DNA of 64,000 bases from an uncultured Myxococcales bacterium (GCA_964473255.1 CAYYOT010000004.1:68897-132896), one strand, 5' to 3'; positions 55,080 to 64,000 are shown, numbered from the stretch's first letter. Program-made: numbers and translations. Notes: generated by a model from the sequence alone, not told the origin.

Positions 55080-57727
55080 CGGCCCTCCTGGATGGCGGCC
55101 TGGGCCGCCGCCAAGCGCACCCGTGGAACCTCGGCCACCGCGCAGGAGACATAGTCGAGTCCGAGACGCTGAGCCAAGCGGATCGAGCGCGGGTCGCCGG
55201 CGTGGCGGCCGGTCAAGCCGAGCATGAGGTCGGGCCGACGAGCCCGTCCTTCACGAACGGCTACGTCGATGAGCCCGCCAACGCCATCTTCGTCCAGGAC
55301 GGTGAACGGGTCGGCCGGCAGGAGGCCGCGATCCACGTACTGCGCAACCAGGCCTTGGCCATCGCCTCGCGCCATCCCGAAGACGAGCTGGGTGAGGTCG
55401 TTCGTCCCGAAGGAGAAAAAGTCGGCCGACTCGGCGAGGGCGCGGGCCCGGAGCGCGGCCCGTGGGACCTCGATCATGGTTCCGATGCGAAAGTCGATGC
55501 GCTCCCCGGCATCGAAGACGTGCTCGGCCACCTTGTCGAGGGTGCGCCTGAGAAACGAAAGCTCGCGGGCGCCCGATACCAGCGGAAGCATGATCTCGGG
55601 TCGGACCTGGACGCCCCGCCGGTGCGCTTCGATGGCAGCGGTCAGCACCGCTCGGGTCTGCATCTCGTACAGCTCCGGATGGGTCACCCCCAACCGGCTC
55701 CCTCGCAGGCCGAGCTCGGGGTTATCGTCGGCCAGCGCGGCCACCTTGGCACGGATCACGGAGGTCGGTCGGCCCAGCGTCTCGGCGACCCTCTCGAACT
55801 CTTCGTCGGAGTGGGGCCTCCACAGGGAAGGGTCGGGGTCGAGCAGGCGAATCACGACGGGCAGCCCAGGCATGGCTTCGAAAAGCTCGAGCAGGTCGGC
55901 CTGCTGAACCGGCTCGATTCGGCGCACCGCAGCTCGCCGGCCGACGTCGGTATCCGCGAGCAGGACGGACTGCAGCGATAGGCGCTTGTCGGGGGAGCGG
56001 AACATGGCCTCGGTCCGACAAAGCCCGATTCCTTCCGCTCCCAGTCGCCGAGCGAGCGCCGCGTCCTTGGCATCGTCGGCGTTGACGCGGACCTGCAGCG
56101 TCCGACGCTCGTCCGCCCAGCCCATGAGGCGATCGTACGCTTCGTTCACGGCGGGAAGGACCGTTTGCTTTTCGCCGAGCAGCACATCACCGGTGGCCCC
56201 CTCGATGGTGATCGACTGTCCGGTTTCGATACGGTGGTCCTTGACCAGCATGAAGCCGCGGGCGGGATCGATGCGCAGCGCCGAGCATCCCACGACGCAG
56301 GGCCGACCCAATCCTCTCGCCACCACTGCGGCGTGGCAGGTCATGCCGCCGCGTGCGGTGAGCACGCCGGCCGCAGCCTTCATGCCGGGCACGTCCTCGG
56401 CCGAGGTTTCGTTTCGCACCAGGATGACGGGCTGCTGTGAGCCGAGGCGAAGGGCATCCTTCACCGTAAACACGACGGCGCCGCTGGCGGCGCCGGGACT
56501 GGCCGGAAGTCCGTGGGCGACGACTTCGGCCTCGGAATGGGGGGCGATCCGAGGCTCGAGCAGGCTCTCCACTTCGGCCGTACCCACCCGCAGAAGAGCC
56601 GCATCTCGATCCACGAGGTCCTCGTCGACCATGTCGACCGCCAGCCGAAACGCCGAGGCCGGCGAACGCTGGGCCGTCTTGGCTTGAAGCAGCCACACCT
56701 GCCCCGACTCGATGGTGAACTCGAACTCGATCAGGTCGCGAAAGTGCATCTCGAGACGGTCGCGCATGGCGACGAGCTGGGAATAGGCCTCGGGGAGCGT
56801 ACCTTCGAGCGTTCTCCCCGAGCTGGAGCTGCTTTGGTTCAGCGGGGACGGGTCCCGGCTCCCCGAGACCACGTCCTGCCCCTGCGCCCCGAGCAGATAT
56901 TCGCCGAAGAGCCGGTGGGCGCCGGAATTCGGATCGCGCGTGAATGCGACGCCGCTCCCCGAGCGGTCATCGCGATTGCCGTAGACCATCGCCTGGATGA
57001 TGACGGCGGTGCCCAGCGCGGCGTCGATCTGATGCTGTCGCCGATAGGCTTTGGCCCGCGCATTGTTCCACGACCGAAGCACGCTCTCCACTGCGGTTTC
57101 GATCTGTTCGAGGGGCTCGACCGGCCAAGTCGCACCCTCCAAGAGCTTTCGGTAGCTTCCGACGAGCGCGCGGAGGTCCTCTTCCGACACCGTGCCCGAG
57201 CCGTGCCGTCGAACGCGTTCGGCTTCGTCGGCGAAAGCGGTTCTTCCCGTGTCCGGATCGACTGCCGCCCGTTCCACGATCTCACCCACTTGCCGAAGGA
57301 GTCGAGCCTGGCAGTCGAGGACGAGGCCGGGCTCACGTTCGGCCCAGGCGTCGGCGAGTGCATCCGTGAGTCCGACGTTCAGGATCGAGTCGAGCATTCC
57401 GGGCATCGAGCGGGGTGCCCCCGACCGAACCGCGACGAGGAGCGGACGCTCGGGATCCGCGAGTCGAAGGCCGGTCGCGCCCTCGAGCCAAACGAGTTCG
57501 TCGCGAAGGCGAGCCAGCAGCTCCGAGGGGAGGCGCTCGCCCGAAGCAAAGAAGGCCCGAGCGACTTCGACGGGCAACACGATCCCCGGCGGGACCCGAA
57601 GTCCGAGCCGGCAGGCCTCGAGGAGGAGGCTGGCCTTCGAGCCGACCGTCGCCGGCGGGAGGTCGGGTGCTTCACCCGACCGGAACCGATGGAACTCAAC
57701 CGGCGACAAGGGTCGGGCGGTTATCAC
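55076..57727 (-). CDS. ppdK: Pyruvate, phosphate dikinase
   Basis: 883 aa. The N-terminus is PPDK_N/ATP-grasp. The central phospho-His domain carries the PEP-utilising signature GGMTCHAAVVARGLGRPCVVG. The C-terminus is a PEP/pyruvate-binding TIM barrel (IGTMIEVPRAAL, FFSFGTNDLTQ). Confidence 0.85.
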   Translation of the reverse strand: MITARPLSPVEFHRFRSGEAPDLPPATVGSKASLLLEACRLGLRVPPGIVLPVEVARAFFASGERLPSELLARLRDELVWLEGATGLRLADPERPLLVAVRSGAPRSMPGMLDSILNVGLTDALADAWAEREPGLVLDCQARLLRQVGEIVERAAVDPDTGRTAFADEAERVRRHGSGTVSEEDLRALVGSYRKLLEGATWPVEPLEQIETAVESVLRSWNNARAKAYRRQHQIDAALGTAVIIQAMVYGNRDDRSGSGVAFTRDPNSGAHRLFGEYLLGAQGQDVVSGSRDPSPLNQSSSSSGRTLEGTLPEAYSQLVAMRDRLEMHFRDLIEFEFTIESGQVWLLQAKTAQRSPASAFRLAVDMVDEDLVDRDAALLRVGTAEVESLLEPRIAPHSEAEVVAHGLPASPGAASGAVVFTVKDALRLGSQQPVILVRNETSAEDVPGMKAAAGVLTARGGMTCHAAVVARGLGRPCVVGCSALRIDPARGFMLVKDHRIETGQSITIEGATGDVLLGEKQTVLPAVNEAYDRLMGWADERRTLQVRVNADDAKDAALARRLGAEGIGLCRTEAMFRSPDKRLSLQSVLLADTDVGRRAAVRRIEPVQQADLLELFEAMPGLPVVIRLLDPDPSLWRPHSDEEFERVAETLGRPTSVIRAKVAALADDNPELGLRGSRLGVTHPELYEMQTRAVLTAAIEAHRRGVQVRPEIMLPLVSGARELSFLRRTLDKVAEHVFDAGERIDFRIGTMIEVPRAALRARALAESADFFSFGTNDLTQLVFGMARGDGQGLVAQYVDRGLLPADPFTVLDEDGVGGLIDVAVREGRARRPDLMLGLTGRHAGDPRSIRLAQRLGLDYVSCAVAEVPRVRLAAAQAAIQEGR

Positions 57728-57812
57728 TGTCGCACCGCTTGAATCAATTCGCGCCTGCGGCCGCTGATCCCTGGCGGCTGGACGAAGGCATGGCCGTGCT
57801 TACGCCTGACCG

Positions 57813-58049
57813 GTGAAGAACCCGGGCGTCGCTGCGGTCCTCTCTTTCCTGATCCCCGGTCTGGGCCAGATCTACAACGGCACATTCCTTCGCGGGCTCT
57901 TCTGGCTGATCATCACCCCCGGCATGTGGGTGGGGACCGGGGGGTTTCTCGGGTGGGTTTGCCACTTCGCCTCTGCGTACACGGCCTACACCCGAGCGAA
58001 CCAGCTGAATGAGGGAGAACCCCAAAAATCCCTCTCCTCCGGCTCCTGA
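57813..58049 (+). CDS. TM2-domain-like small membrane protein
   Basis: 78 aa. The motif AAVLSFLIPGLGQIYNGTFLRGLFWLII resembles TM2/small two-helix membrane proteins. Confidence 0.45.
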   Translation: MKNPGVAAVLSFLIPGLGQIYNGTFLRGLFWLIITPGMWVGTGGFLGWVCHFASAYTAYTRANQLNEGEPQKSLSSGS

Positions 58050-58099
58050 CCGCGCTTCCGGTCCTGCGGTCTGGGGCTTTTGGGGTAGGCTCCGGCCTC

Positions 58100-58564
58100 G
58101 TGGAAGCGTTTCGCCGCGGTCCGATCGAACGGATCATTCGTCGTCTCGAGCGCCACCCCTCGGCGGTGGTCACCATGGCAAGCCTCTCGCTCCGCTTCTC
58201 GAAGGACTGGATGCGGGTTCGTGCAGGCATGATCGACGGAGCCGAGTTTCGGCGACGTGGCTTCACCCACGTGGGCTCGGTCTCCGGTGGTCTGGCGGGA
58301 GGTGCGGCCGGGGCTCTCGCCGGGACCGCGCTGGCTCCGGGCCTGGGAACCGTGCTGGGAGCCTTCGCCGGGTCGATCGTGGGCGATGAGGCAGGGACAC
58401 GCTTCGGGCGCGCCGCGGTGGAACACGCCGAGGTCCGACTACGTCGGCTTCCGCTCGGCGGTGGTCGGGGACCACGCCGAGCCCCCGACCGTTCGCCCGT
58501 GCGCGACGCAGCCGAGGAGTCGATCGTGCCGCCCGGATCGAGTCGACCCCGACGGAGACTCTGA
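58100..58564 (+). CDS. Glycine-zipper-containing small protein
   Basis: 154 aa. The central motif GGLAGGAAGALAGTALAPGLGTVLGAFAGSIVG is a glycine-zipper motif. Confidence 0.4.
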   Translation: MEAFRRGPIERIIRRLERHPSAVVTMASLSLRFSKDWMRVRAGMIDGAEFRRRGFTHVGSVSGGLAGGAAGALAGTALAPGLGTVLGAFAGSIVGDEAGTRFGRAAVEHAEVRLRRLPLGGGRGPRRAPDRSPVRDAAEESIVPPGSSRPRRRL

Positions 58565-58604
58565 GACGGTGGCACCTCGCCTTCCCCCGGACATCCTGGA
58601 GCGA

Positions 58605-59003
58605 ATGAAGCATCCGCTGGTTCTGGCGGCGGCGGTGAAGCTCGGCGTCACCCTCGGCCAGGAGGTGGGCCGAGTTCGGACTGGCGAAGTGTCCTGGGCT
58701 CACTTCAAGCGAACGCTCAGCCGACACGTCGGGGGCCTGACCGGAACCGCGACCGGCATGGCGCTGGGCGGTTGGGCCGGCAGCATCGTTCCCGGGGTCG
58801 GAACGATCATCGGCGCCTTCAGCGGCGGCCTGGCCGGCCAGATGCTCGGTGAACGACTGACCGAGGTCAGCGCCGACCGAGTGAGTGGCGGTGGTCTTTC
58901 CCGGATCGATCAGGATGATGACCCGGGCGACGCCGCCCGTATGTCGGAGGACGCCGCCCTGGGCGCGGGCGAAGAACCGGATCGCGACGCCTCGGCCGTC
59001 TGA
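58605..59003 (+). CDS. Glycine-zipper-containing small protein, paralog of the upstream gene
   Basis: The internal ATG at 58605 gives MKHPLVLAAAVKLGV.... The motif GGLTGTATGMALGGWAGSIVPGVGTIIGAFSGGLAGQMLG parallels the upstream protein. Confidence 0.4.
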   Translation: MKHPLVLAAAVKLGVTLGQEVGRVRTGEVSWAHFKRTLSRHVGGLTGTATGMALGGWAGSIVPGVGTIIGAFSGGLAGQMLGERLTEVSADRVSGGGLSRIDQDDDPGDAARMSEDAALGAGEEPDRDASAV

Positions 59004-59815
59004 AACCAGCCGTCGCGCACCGGCCCGTCGTACAGCTCATCGATGCGAGCGAGTAGCGCTTTCGCGTCGGACCGGCCCTCGATCGAAGGCATGACCAGGC
59101 GGATGTGGACGCGGAGGTCGCCCGGCGGAAGTCGCCCGCTGGCGGCGACCCCATGTCCGCGGATCCGGTACTCGGACCCCGGCTCGGCACCCGCTCGAAT
59201 GACGAAAGGGACGGTACCGCAGGGCGTCGGGAGGGTCAGCGCGGTCCCGGCCAGGAGCTCGGTGAGGCTGACGGGAAGCCGATACACGACATCGCGGCCC
59301 TCTCGACGAAACAACGGGTGAGGCGCAACCCGAAGCTGCAGGATCAAGGGCTCCCGTGCGGGAGGGCGAGGGGCGAGCTGGAGCGTAGCCCCACTTTGCA
59401 GCCCGGGAGGAATCCGAACATCGAGGCTCGATGGTAGCCCGTGGTGCCGCTGGCGTTCGTCGTCGAGGCCGACGTGCTTGGTCCCACCGCGGACGGCCTC
59501 GATGAACGAAACGGTCACCGGCATCGCCGGCAGCGGGAGAGCATCCGCCGCCTGCGCGGCGCGGACGCGGTCGGGGTCGAATCCTGCGCTGACGACGACG
59601 TGACCGTAGCGGTCGTACTGCTCTCGGCGCGACGGATCGGACAGGACGTTGTAGGCAGCCGTGATGCGGCGAAAACGCTCCGCAGCGTCGGGGTCTTTCG
59701 GATTCAAGTCTGGGTGGTACTGCCGCGCCAACCTTCGGAACTGGGAGCGGATCTCGGAAGGGGTCGCTTGGGGCTCACACTCGAGCTCCCGATAGAATTC
59801 GCTTTCGGCGACCAC
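58910..59815 (-). CDS. CbpA-like J-domain protein (J domain plus DnaJ C-terminal substrate-binding domains, no zinc finger)
   Basis: A J domain with the HPD motif is present (EFYRELECEPQATPSEIRSQFRRLARQYHPDLN...YDRYG). DnaJ_C-like beta domains follow (VTVSFIEAVRGGTKHVG...). The start is probably the GTG near 59815. The longer track ORF would overlap the ImuA-like gene. Confidence 0.55.
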   Translation of the reverse strand: MVAESEFYRELECEPQATPSEIRSQFRRLARQYHPDLNPKDPDAAERFRRITAAYNVLSDPSRREQYDRYGHVVVSAGFDPDRVRAAQAADALPLPAMPVTVSFIEAVRGGTKHVGLDDERQRHHGLPSSLDVRIPPGLQSGATLQLAPRPPAREPLILQLRVAPHPLFRREGRDVVYRLPVSLTELLAGTALTLPTPCGTVPFVIRAGAEPGSEYRIRGHGVAASGRLPPGDLRVHIRLVMPSIEGRSDAKALLARIDELYDGPVRDGWFQTAEASRSGSSPAPRAASSDIRAASPGSSS

Positions 59816-59862
59816 GGGGAGAGAAGTGTACCTCGCGCGCAGGTGAAAAAGACAAGCCGCTC

Positions 59863-60498
59863 TCACCCCCGAATCGGAACGAGAGGTGGGAGTTCGAAAC
59901 GGCCGGTTTGGCCCTGAACCTGCCCCCGGCGGTCCTTCTCGACCCGGAGCTGAAGACATCGATCCTCGTTCGCTGCCTGCAGTCCGAGCCTCAACGCTGC
60001 CCCGTGGACGGTCCGTGCGGCCTGCGGGTGCAAAACGAGCACGGTCGGGCCCGGGCAAGCCTCGGCCGCCCGCTGCACGCGTCGAAGCCGCGGCGGTGTG
60101 AGCCACGGCTCGAGACCGGTGGCCGCCGTTGCCGCGAACAGACCTGATTCGAGGATCTCTTCGAGGGCCGCGACCACGCACTCATGAGCGCGACGAACCA
60201 GGAGCATGCGCCGTAGCTCGAGACCCTCCTGGGCAAGCGCCGGCGGGTAGAGCGTCCGCGAAGCATCGACCCATGCGACCGGAGCCCCCTCGACGGCCGA
60301 ATGGGCGAGCAGCTGGGCGGCGAGACGCGTTCCCCCGGTTCCGAGCTCCGCGCTCACGACGGTCAACGCTCCTCCGGGGAGTCCGCGGATCAGCGCATCG
60401 AGCCCGGTCAGCCCCGTCGCCCGCCCGGATTCCACGCCGACGAAAGGCGCTCGAGCCTGGAGCTCGGCCCGGAGAGCGTCGACGATCGCCGAGGACAT
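59863..60498 (-). CDS. ImuA/SulA-like RecA-fold protein (no cognate imuB/dnaE2 in the window)
   Basis: 211 aa. The region TGLTGLDALIRGLPGGALTVVSAELGTGGTRLAAQLLA...VAWVD...LRRMLLVR matches the ImuA pattern TG.-LD.LLGGG.P.G...E..G..G.G. Confidence 0.45.
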   Translation of the reverse strand: MSSAIVDALRAELQARAPFVGVESGRATGLTGLDALIRGLPGGALTVVSAELGTGGTRLAAQLLAHSAVEGAPVAWVDASRTLYPPALAQEGLELRRMLLVRRAHECVVAALEEILESGLFAATAATGLEPWLTPPRLRRVQRAAEACPGPTVLVLHPQAARTVHGAALRLGLQAANEDRCLQLRVEKDRRGQVQGQTGRFELPPLVPIRG

Positions 60499-60541
60499 GG
60501 AATCTGTATACTGAACGCGTGAGCAGATATCCAGCTCGAAG

Positions 60542-62497
60542 TCAGAACAGCGCGTACCGAGCGCCGGCCGTGATGGAGAAGATCAGCTCCGGCACTTCGA
60601 TGTTGTCCTCGTCCACCGGCAGATAGCCCACCGCCGTCTCGACGAAGAGCCACGACCAAGCCGCCCCCACCGCCCCTTCGACGCCCGGATTGACGCTCGT
60701 GCTGCGATCGACGGCCCCATCGAACGTCGTCTCGACCTCCGAGAACGCGAGCCCCACGACACCGTAGGCGCTGCCGTAGGCCCTCCAGGGGCCACGTCGC
60801 CACATGTCCACTTCGGCACCGACGGCCAGCGGCACCATCCGCACCACGCCGTTGATCTCGACCGGGTCGTCACCCGGCACCAAGACCCCATCGAAGGTCC
60901 GCTGGCGCTGAAAGTACGACGCGCGAAACCGAACGCGCACCCGATCCTCCCACAGCGGGAGACGCACCCCCAACTCTGCCCCTCCGAGGAAGAACACCCC
61001 CTCACTGAAGAGGGGCCCCGCCCGCGCGCCGAGCTCGAATCGACGAGGGGTGCGCCGGAGGCTCAGGGTCTGCTCCGCCTCGATGCGCCCGCTGTCGTGA
61101 CGAACCCTCACGTTGACCCGGTCTCGTCCGCGGTCGGCGGTCAGCCGACTTCGATAGCGACCGGGTTCGGTCGTCTCGATGGGGCCGGCCTGAACACCTT
61201 CATCGACGGTGATCTCGAATCCTCCCTCCTCGAACGGGCGACCACGAAGATCTCGGGCGACCCAAGCAGCATAGACCGGCGGTGGATCGCCTGCGCCCAG
61301 AGCCCGCTCGAGCTCGAGGGACCCCGGCCAGGGCGGCGGGTCGACCGGAAGCTCGACCGTGCTCTCTAGGTCGGGGTCCGACTCTCGAGCGACCCGAAGG
61401 TCGATCCGAACCGAATCGACGTCGACGCTCGGCGCCAGCGGGGCCAGCCGAATGCGGTAACGGCCGTTGCCCTCGGGCTGGACCTCTCGCACCTGGGCCG
61501 GGTCGGCCCGAGCCTCCACGGCGAATCCGTCGACCCCCAGACCCAAGCGATCGGTCAGCAGCACCTGAAGGTCGTATTCCGTCTCGCCGTCGGCCACCCA
61601 GCGCTCCGGGACCATCCGAGGAACGAGGCGCTCGGGGATCGGCAGTCCGAGTTCGACTTCCACGGCCGCTTTCGAAGCCCGATCCTTCCGGACCCGACCC
61701 TTGATCACGACCGAGCCCGCGGACTCCGCGCGATCCGGGGTGTAGCGGTAGCGAAGACGGGGTCCCTGTCGGTCGACGAACCGCACCCGACCACTGGGAG
61801 CCGAAACCGAGACCGAGCTTGGACCGACCGGCGGGTCGCGGTCGACGTAGACGTGGAGCATCGCATGGGACTCGCCGTCGGAACGGACCTTATAGGGCGC
61901 AAGGGCCAACGTTAGCCGGTTGTAGGGAGGAACTCCGGTCGCGATCTCGGCCTGACTCCGCTGTGGGCCTCGAACCGAAGTGACCGTCACCTGGCCGACG
62001 CCAGGGGGAACGACGATGGGGATGACGGCTCGGCCGCGCCGGGCTGCGACCGGCCCGAACGTCTCGTCGCCGACTTTGATCGAGACCTCGGCACCGCGCC
62101 GGGCCTCCACGGGCACATCGGTGCGTCCATGCAGCGGAATGCGAAAGAAGCGGATATCGGCATCGGGACCGGTCTCCCGCCACGCCGCGACCAAAGCGAC
62201 CTGGGGAAAGCGGGTTTCGGGCAGTCGATACCGCGCTCGGTATTCGCCGGATGCGAGACGCTCGACGGGTCCGAAGCGGCCGACGTTCACCGATAGGCGG
62301 AGGGGACGACCGGCCACGGCCTCGGTTTCTGGAGCCCGGATCAGGACTTCGACCTCGGCCACATCACCGAGGATCAGAGGACTGGGGCCAGCCACCTCGA
62401 TCTCGACCGGCGCGGCCGCAAACCATCCGACCGCGGCTGCCGCGACGAGCCCGAGGTCCATCGACGGCACTATACCGAGGGTTGGACCGGTAGCCAT
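60542..62497 (-). CDS. Secreted protein with N-terminal Ig-like/beta-sandwich repeats and a C-terminal outer-membrane beta-barrel (terminal Phe)
   Basis: 651 aa. The N-terminus has a signal (MDLGLVAAAAVGWFAAAP). The C-terminal ~230 aa have alternating hydrophobic strands and end ...ITAGARYALF, an OMP C-terminal signature. Confidence 0.5.
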   Translation of the reverse strand: MATGPTLGIVPSMDLGLVAAAAVGWFAAAPVEIEVAGPSPLILGDVAEVEVLIRAPETEAVAGRPLRLSVNVGRFGPVERLASGEYRARYRLPETRFPQVALVAAWRETGPDADIRFFRIPLHGRTDVPVEARRGAEVSIKVGDETFGPVAARRGRAVIPIVVPPGVGQVTVTSVRGPQRSQAEIATGVPPYNRLTLALAPYKVRSDGESHAMLHVYVDRDPPVGPSSVSVSAPSGRVRFVDRQGPRLRYRYTPDRAESAGSVVIKGRVRKDRASKAAVEVELGLPIPERLVPRMVPERWVADGETEYDLQVLLTDRLGLGVDGFAVEARADPAQVREVQPEGNGRYRIRLAPLAPSVDVDSVRIDLRVARESDPDLESTVELPVDPPPWPGSLELERALGAGDPPPVYAAWVARDLRGRPFEEGGFEITVDEGVQAGPIETTEPGRYRSRLTADRGRDRVNVRVRHDSGRIEAEQTLSLRRTPRRFELGARAGPLFSEGVFFLGGAELGVRLPLWEDRVRVRFRASYFQRQRTFDGVLVPGDDPVEINGVVRMVPLAVGAEVDMWRRGPWRAYGSAYGVVGLAFSEVETTFDGAVDRSTSVNPGVEGAVGAAWSWLFVETAVGYLPVDEDNIEVPELIFSITAGARYALF

Positions 62498-62526
62498 GGT
62501 TGCGGGGATCGACCGGAAGTATTGTC

Positions 62527-64000
62527 ATGGCTGAAGTGGTCCAGCCGACGCATCCTTCATCGTTCGAGGAGGTCAGCCTCACCCCTGGATCGGTGGTCGG
62601 CGAGTACCGGATCGAGTCCAAGCTGGCCGCGGGGGGGATGGGGACCGTGTACGCCGCGGTGCACCCCATCATCGGAAAGCGGGCGGCGATCAAGGTCTTG
62701 AAGACCGAGCATTCTCGCGACGCCGGGCTCATCCAGCGTTTCATCGACGAGGCCCGAGCGGTCAACCACATCGGTCACGAGCACATCGTCGACATCTTCG
62801 CCTTCGGAACCCTGCCGGATGGACGGAGCTATTTCGTCATGGAGTGGCTGGTCGGAGAGAGCCTGAAGCAGGCGTTCCGTCGCCGTCCGATCCCGTTTCT
62901 GGAGACCGTCGAGATTCTGACTCAGCTCTGCGACGCGCTGCACGCCGCCCACGTCAAGGGGATCATCCATCGCGACCTGAAGCCGGACAACGTCTTCCTC
63001 GAAGACACGCGCGGCGGACAGTCGGCGAAGCTGCTCGACTTCGGAATCGCCAAGCTGAGCGGGGCGGCCCGCGGTCGACAGGCCTCGGCCTCGGCCGACA
63101 CGAATCCCGACGTCGTGATGGGGACGCCGGACTACATCTCGCCCGAGCAAGCGAGCGGAGCCGACACGTTCGCTCCTGCCGACTGCTACTCGCTGGGCGT
63201 CATCGCCTACGAGCTGCTCACGAAGAAGCGGCCATTCTACGGCAGCGGGCCGATGGAGGTGCTCATCAAACATGTCAGCACACCGCCTCCGCCGCCTCGC
63301 TCGATCCGCCCGGACATCCCGCCGTCCCTGGAGGGGCTGGTCCTTTCCATGCTGGCCAAAGATCCGGGCCAACGCCCGACGGTCCCCGAGGTGCGCGACA
63401 CGCTGGAAGAGATGGCCCGCGTCGCGCGCGTCACCTCCAGCATGCCCCGGCGGCCGAATCGTGCTTTCGAGCGACCGGTCCTCGTTCGTTCGGCGGAGCG
63501 GCTCACCGAGATCACGAGACCGCTTCTATCCGAGCTGAGCGCCGGCGCATGCTGGGTGGACGCCAACGGACAGCCGCCGGCGGTCGGCACGCCGATGGTG
63601 CTTCGCTTCGAGGTGCCCCGGCTGGACGGCCGCTTCGACTTCGATGGCGTCGTCACGGGTCTCTTCGGCGCCCAGGGGGAGCGGACCCTCATCCGCTACG
63701 ACCGGGTCTCCAAGCGGGTCATCGATGCCGTCGTCGAGCTGACGAGCGTTTCGACCCGAGGCGTGACAACGGGTTCGGCCGAGTGGCGTGAGGGTACGCG
63801 AGTCGCCGAGTCTCCCTGGGTCGCCTTCCTCTCGGGCGACGAACCAGACTCCGATCGAGAAGAGGAAGGTTCGGGGCCGACGATCCCGGTCTCGCGGCCC
63901 TCGATGCCGCCCATCACGCGTACGGATGAAGCCACGGTCGGAACCCCGGAGGCGCCGACTCCTCCACCGCGTCGATTCGCTTGGTTGGGCCTCGGGGCGC
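62527..64000 (+). CDS. Eukaryotic-like Ser/Thr protein kinase with a C-terminal PilZ-like domain, cut by the window end
   Basis: The ATG at 62527 gives MAEVVQPTHPSSFEEVSLTPGSVVGEYRIESKLAAGGMGTVYAAVHPIIGKRAAIKVL. Kinase motifs are HRDLKPDNVFL, LLDFGIAKL and GTPDYISPEQ. The downstream ACWVDANGQPPAVGTPMVLRFEVPRLDGRFDFDGVVTG block is PilZ-like. Confidence 0.85.
   Translation, partial: MAEVVQPTHPSSFEEVSLTPGSVVGEYRIESKLAAGGMGTVYAAVHPIIGKRAAIKVLKTEHSRDAGLIQRFIDEARAVNHIGHEHIVDIFAFGTLPDGRSYFVMEWLVGESLKQAFRRRPIPFLETVEILTQLCDALHAAHVKGIIHRDLKPDNVFLEDTRGGQSAKLLDFGIAKLSGAARGRQASASADTNPDVVMGTPDYISPEQASGADTFAPADCYSLGVIAYELLTKKRPFYGSGPMEVLIKHVSTPPPPPRSIRPDIPPSLEGLVLSMLAKDPGQRPTVPEVRDTLEEMARVARVTSSMPRRPNRAFERPVLVRSAERLTEITRPLLSELSAGACWVDANGQPPAVGTPMVLRFEVPRLDGRFDFDGVVTGLFGAQGERTLIRYDRVSKRVIDAVVELTSVSTRGVTTGSAEWREGTRVAESPWVAFLSGDEPDSDREEEGSGPTIPVSRPSMPPITRTDEATVGTPEAPTPPPRRFAWLGLGA

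Noticed and set aside
59816-60181. Longer N-terminal extension of the CbpA-like ORF
   Set aside because: It would overlap the ImuA-like gene by more than 300 nt. The J-domain begins just downstream of a GTG at about 59815.
1-64000. Mobile elements, CRISPR arrays, tRNA/rRNA genes
   Set aside because: No transposase or integrase-like ORFs, no regularly spaced direct repeats beyond the protein-coding tandem repeats noted above, and no tRNA-like T-loop/anticodon structures were recognised by eye. A tRNAscan/Infernal run would be needed to exclude small RNAs formally.

Overview
The window is very GC-rich (about 68-70%) and densely coding. It has many eukaryotic-like Ser/Thr kinases, FHA-domain proteins, TPR proteins and lipoproteins, which points to a myxobacterium-like deltaproteobacterium. 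No rRNA, tRNA, CRISPR array or IS element or transposase gene was recognised.

The left end (1-10 kb) carries housekeeping genes: gnd (truncated at the window edge), a large glycoside hydrolase, a gluconolactonase-fold protein, a class II glutamine amidotransferase, a fructosamine-kinase-family protein, a 3-hydroxyisobutyrate-dehydrogenase-family protein and a Tat-secreted PhoD phosphatase.

The most notable block is a long minus-strand operon (about 10.3-24.1 kb) with tight spacing. Its gene order and domain content match the Myxococcus Glt (gliding motility) / Nfs (spore-coat assembly) trans-envelope complex:
- an outer-membrane beta-barrel protein (like GltA/B or NfsA/B);
- a 628-aa TPR protein (like GltC/NfsC);
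- a ~1060-aa secreted TPR protein that appears interrupted (like GltD/AgmU/NfsD);
- a TPR lipoprotein (like GltE/AglT/NfsE);
- a DedA-family membrane protein whose start codon overlaps the upstream stop (ATGA);
- a 93-aa secreted protein (like GltF);
- an FHA plus TonB-C protein with a tandem-repeat linker (like GltG/PglI/NfsG);
- then a degenerate RNase Z-like MBL protein, an M50-like membrane metalloprotease and a YqjD/YqjE/YqjK-like triad.

A second unusual minus-strand chain (46.5-57.7 kb) couples pyruvate,phosphate dikinase to two large hypothetical lipoproteins, an FHA protein fused to a CpaF/TadA-type secretion ATPase whose Walker A motif is degenerate, and a double-FHA membrane protein.

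Other features are a ~1066-aa lipoprotein with seven disulfide-bracketed EF-hand-like repeats and an out-of-frame LamG-like tail, a TldD/PmbA pair, an FHA-sigma54 activator, lnt with flanking lipoprotein genes, a TolC-like/MlaC-like pair, glycine-zipper paralogs and an ImuA-like orphan.

All calls rest on reading the supplied ORF translations and the DNA itself. No database search was run.
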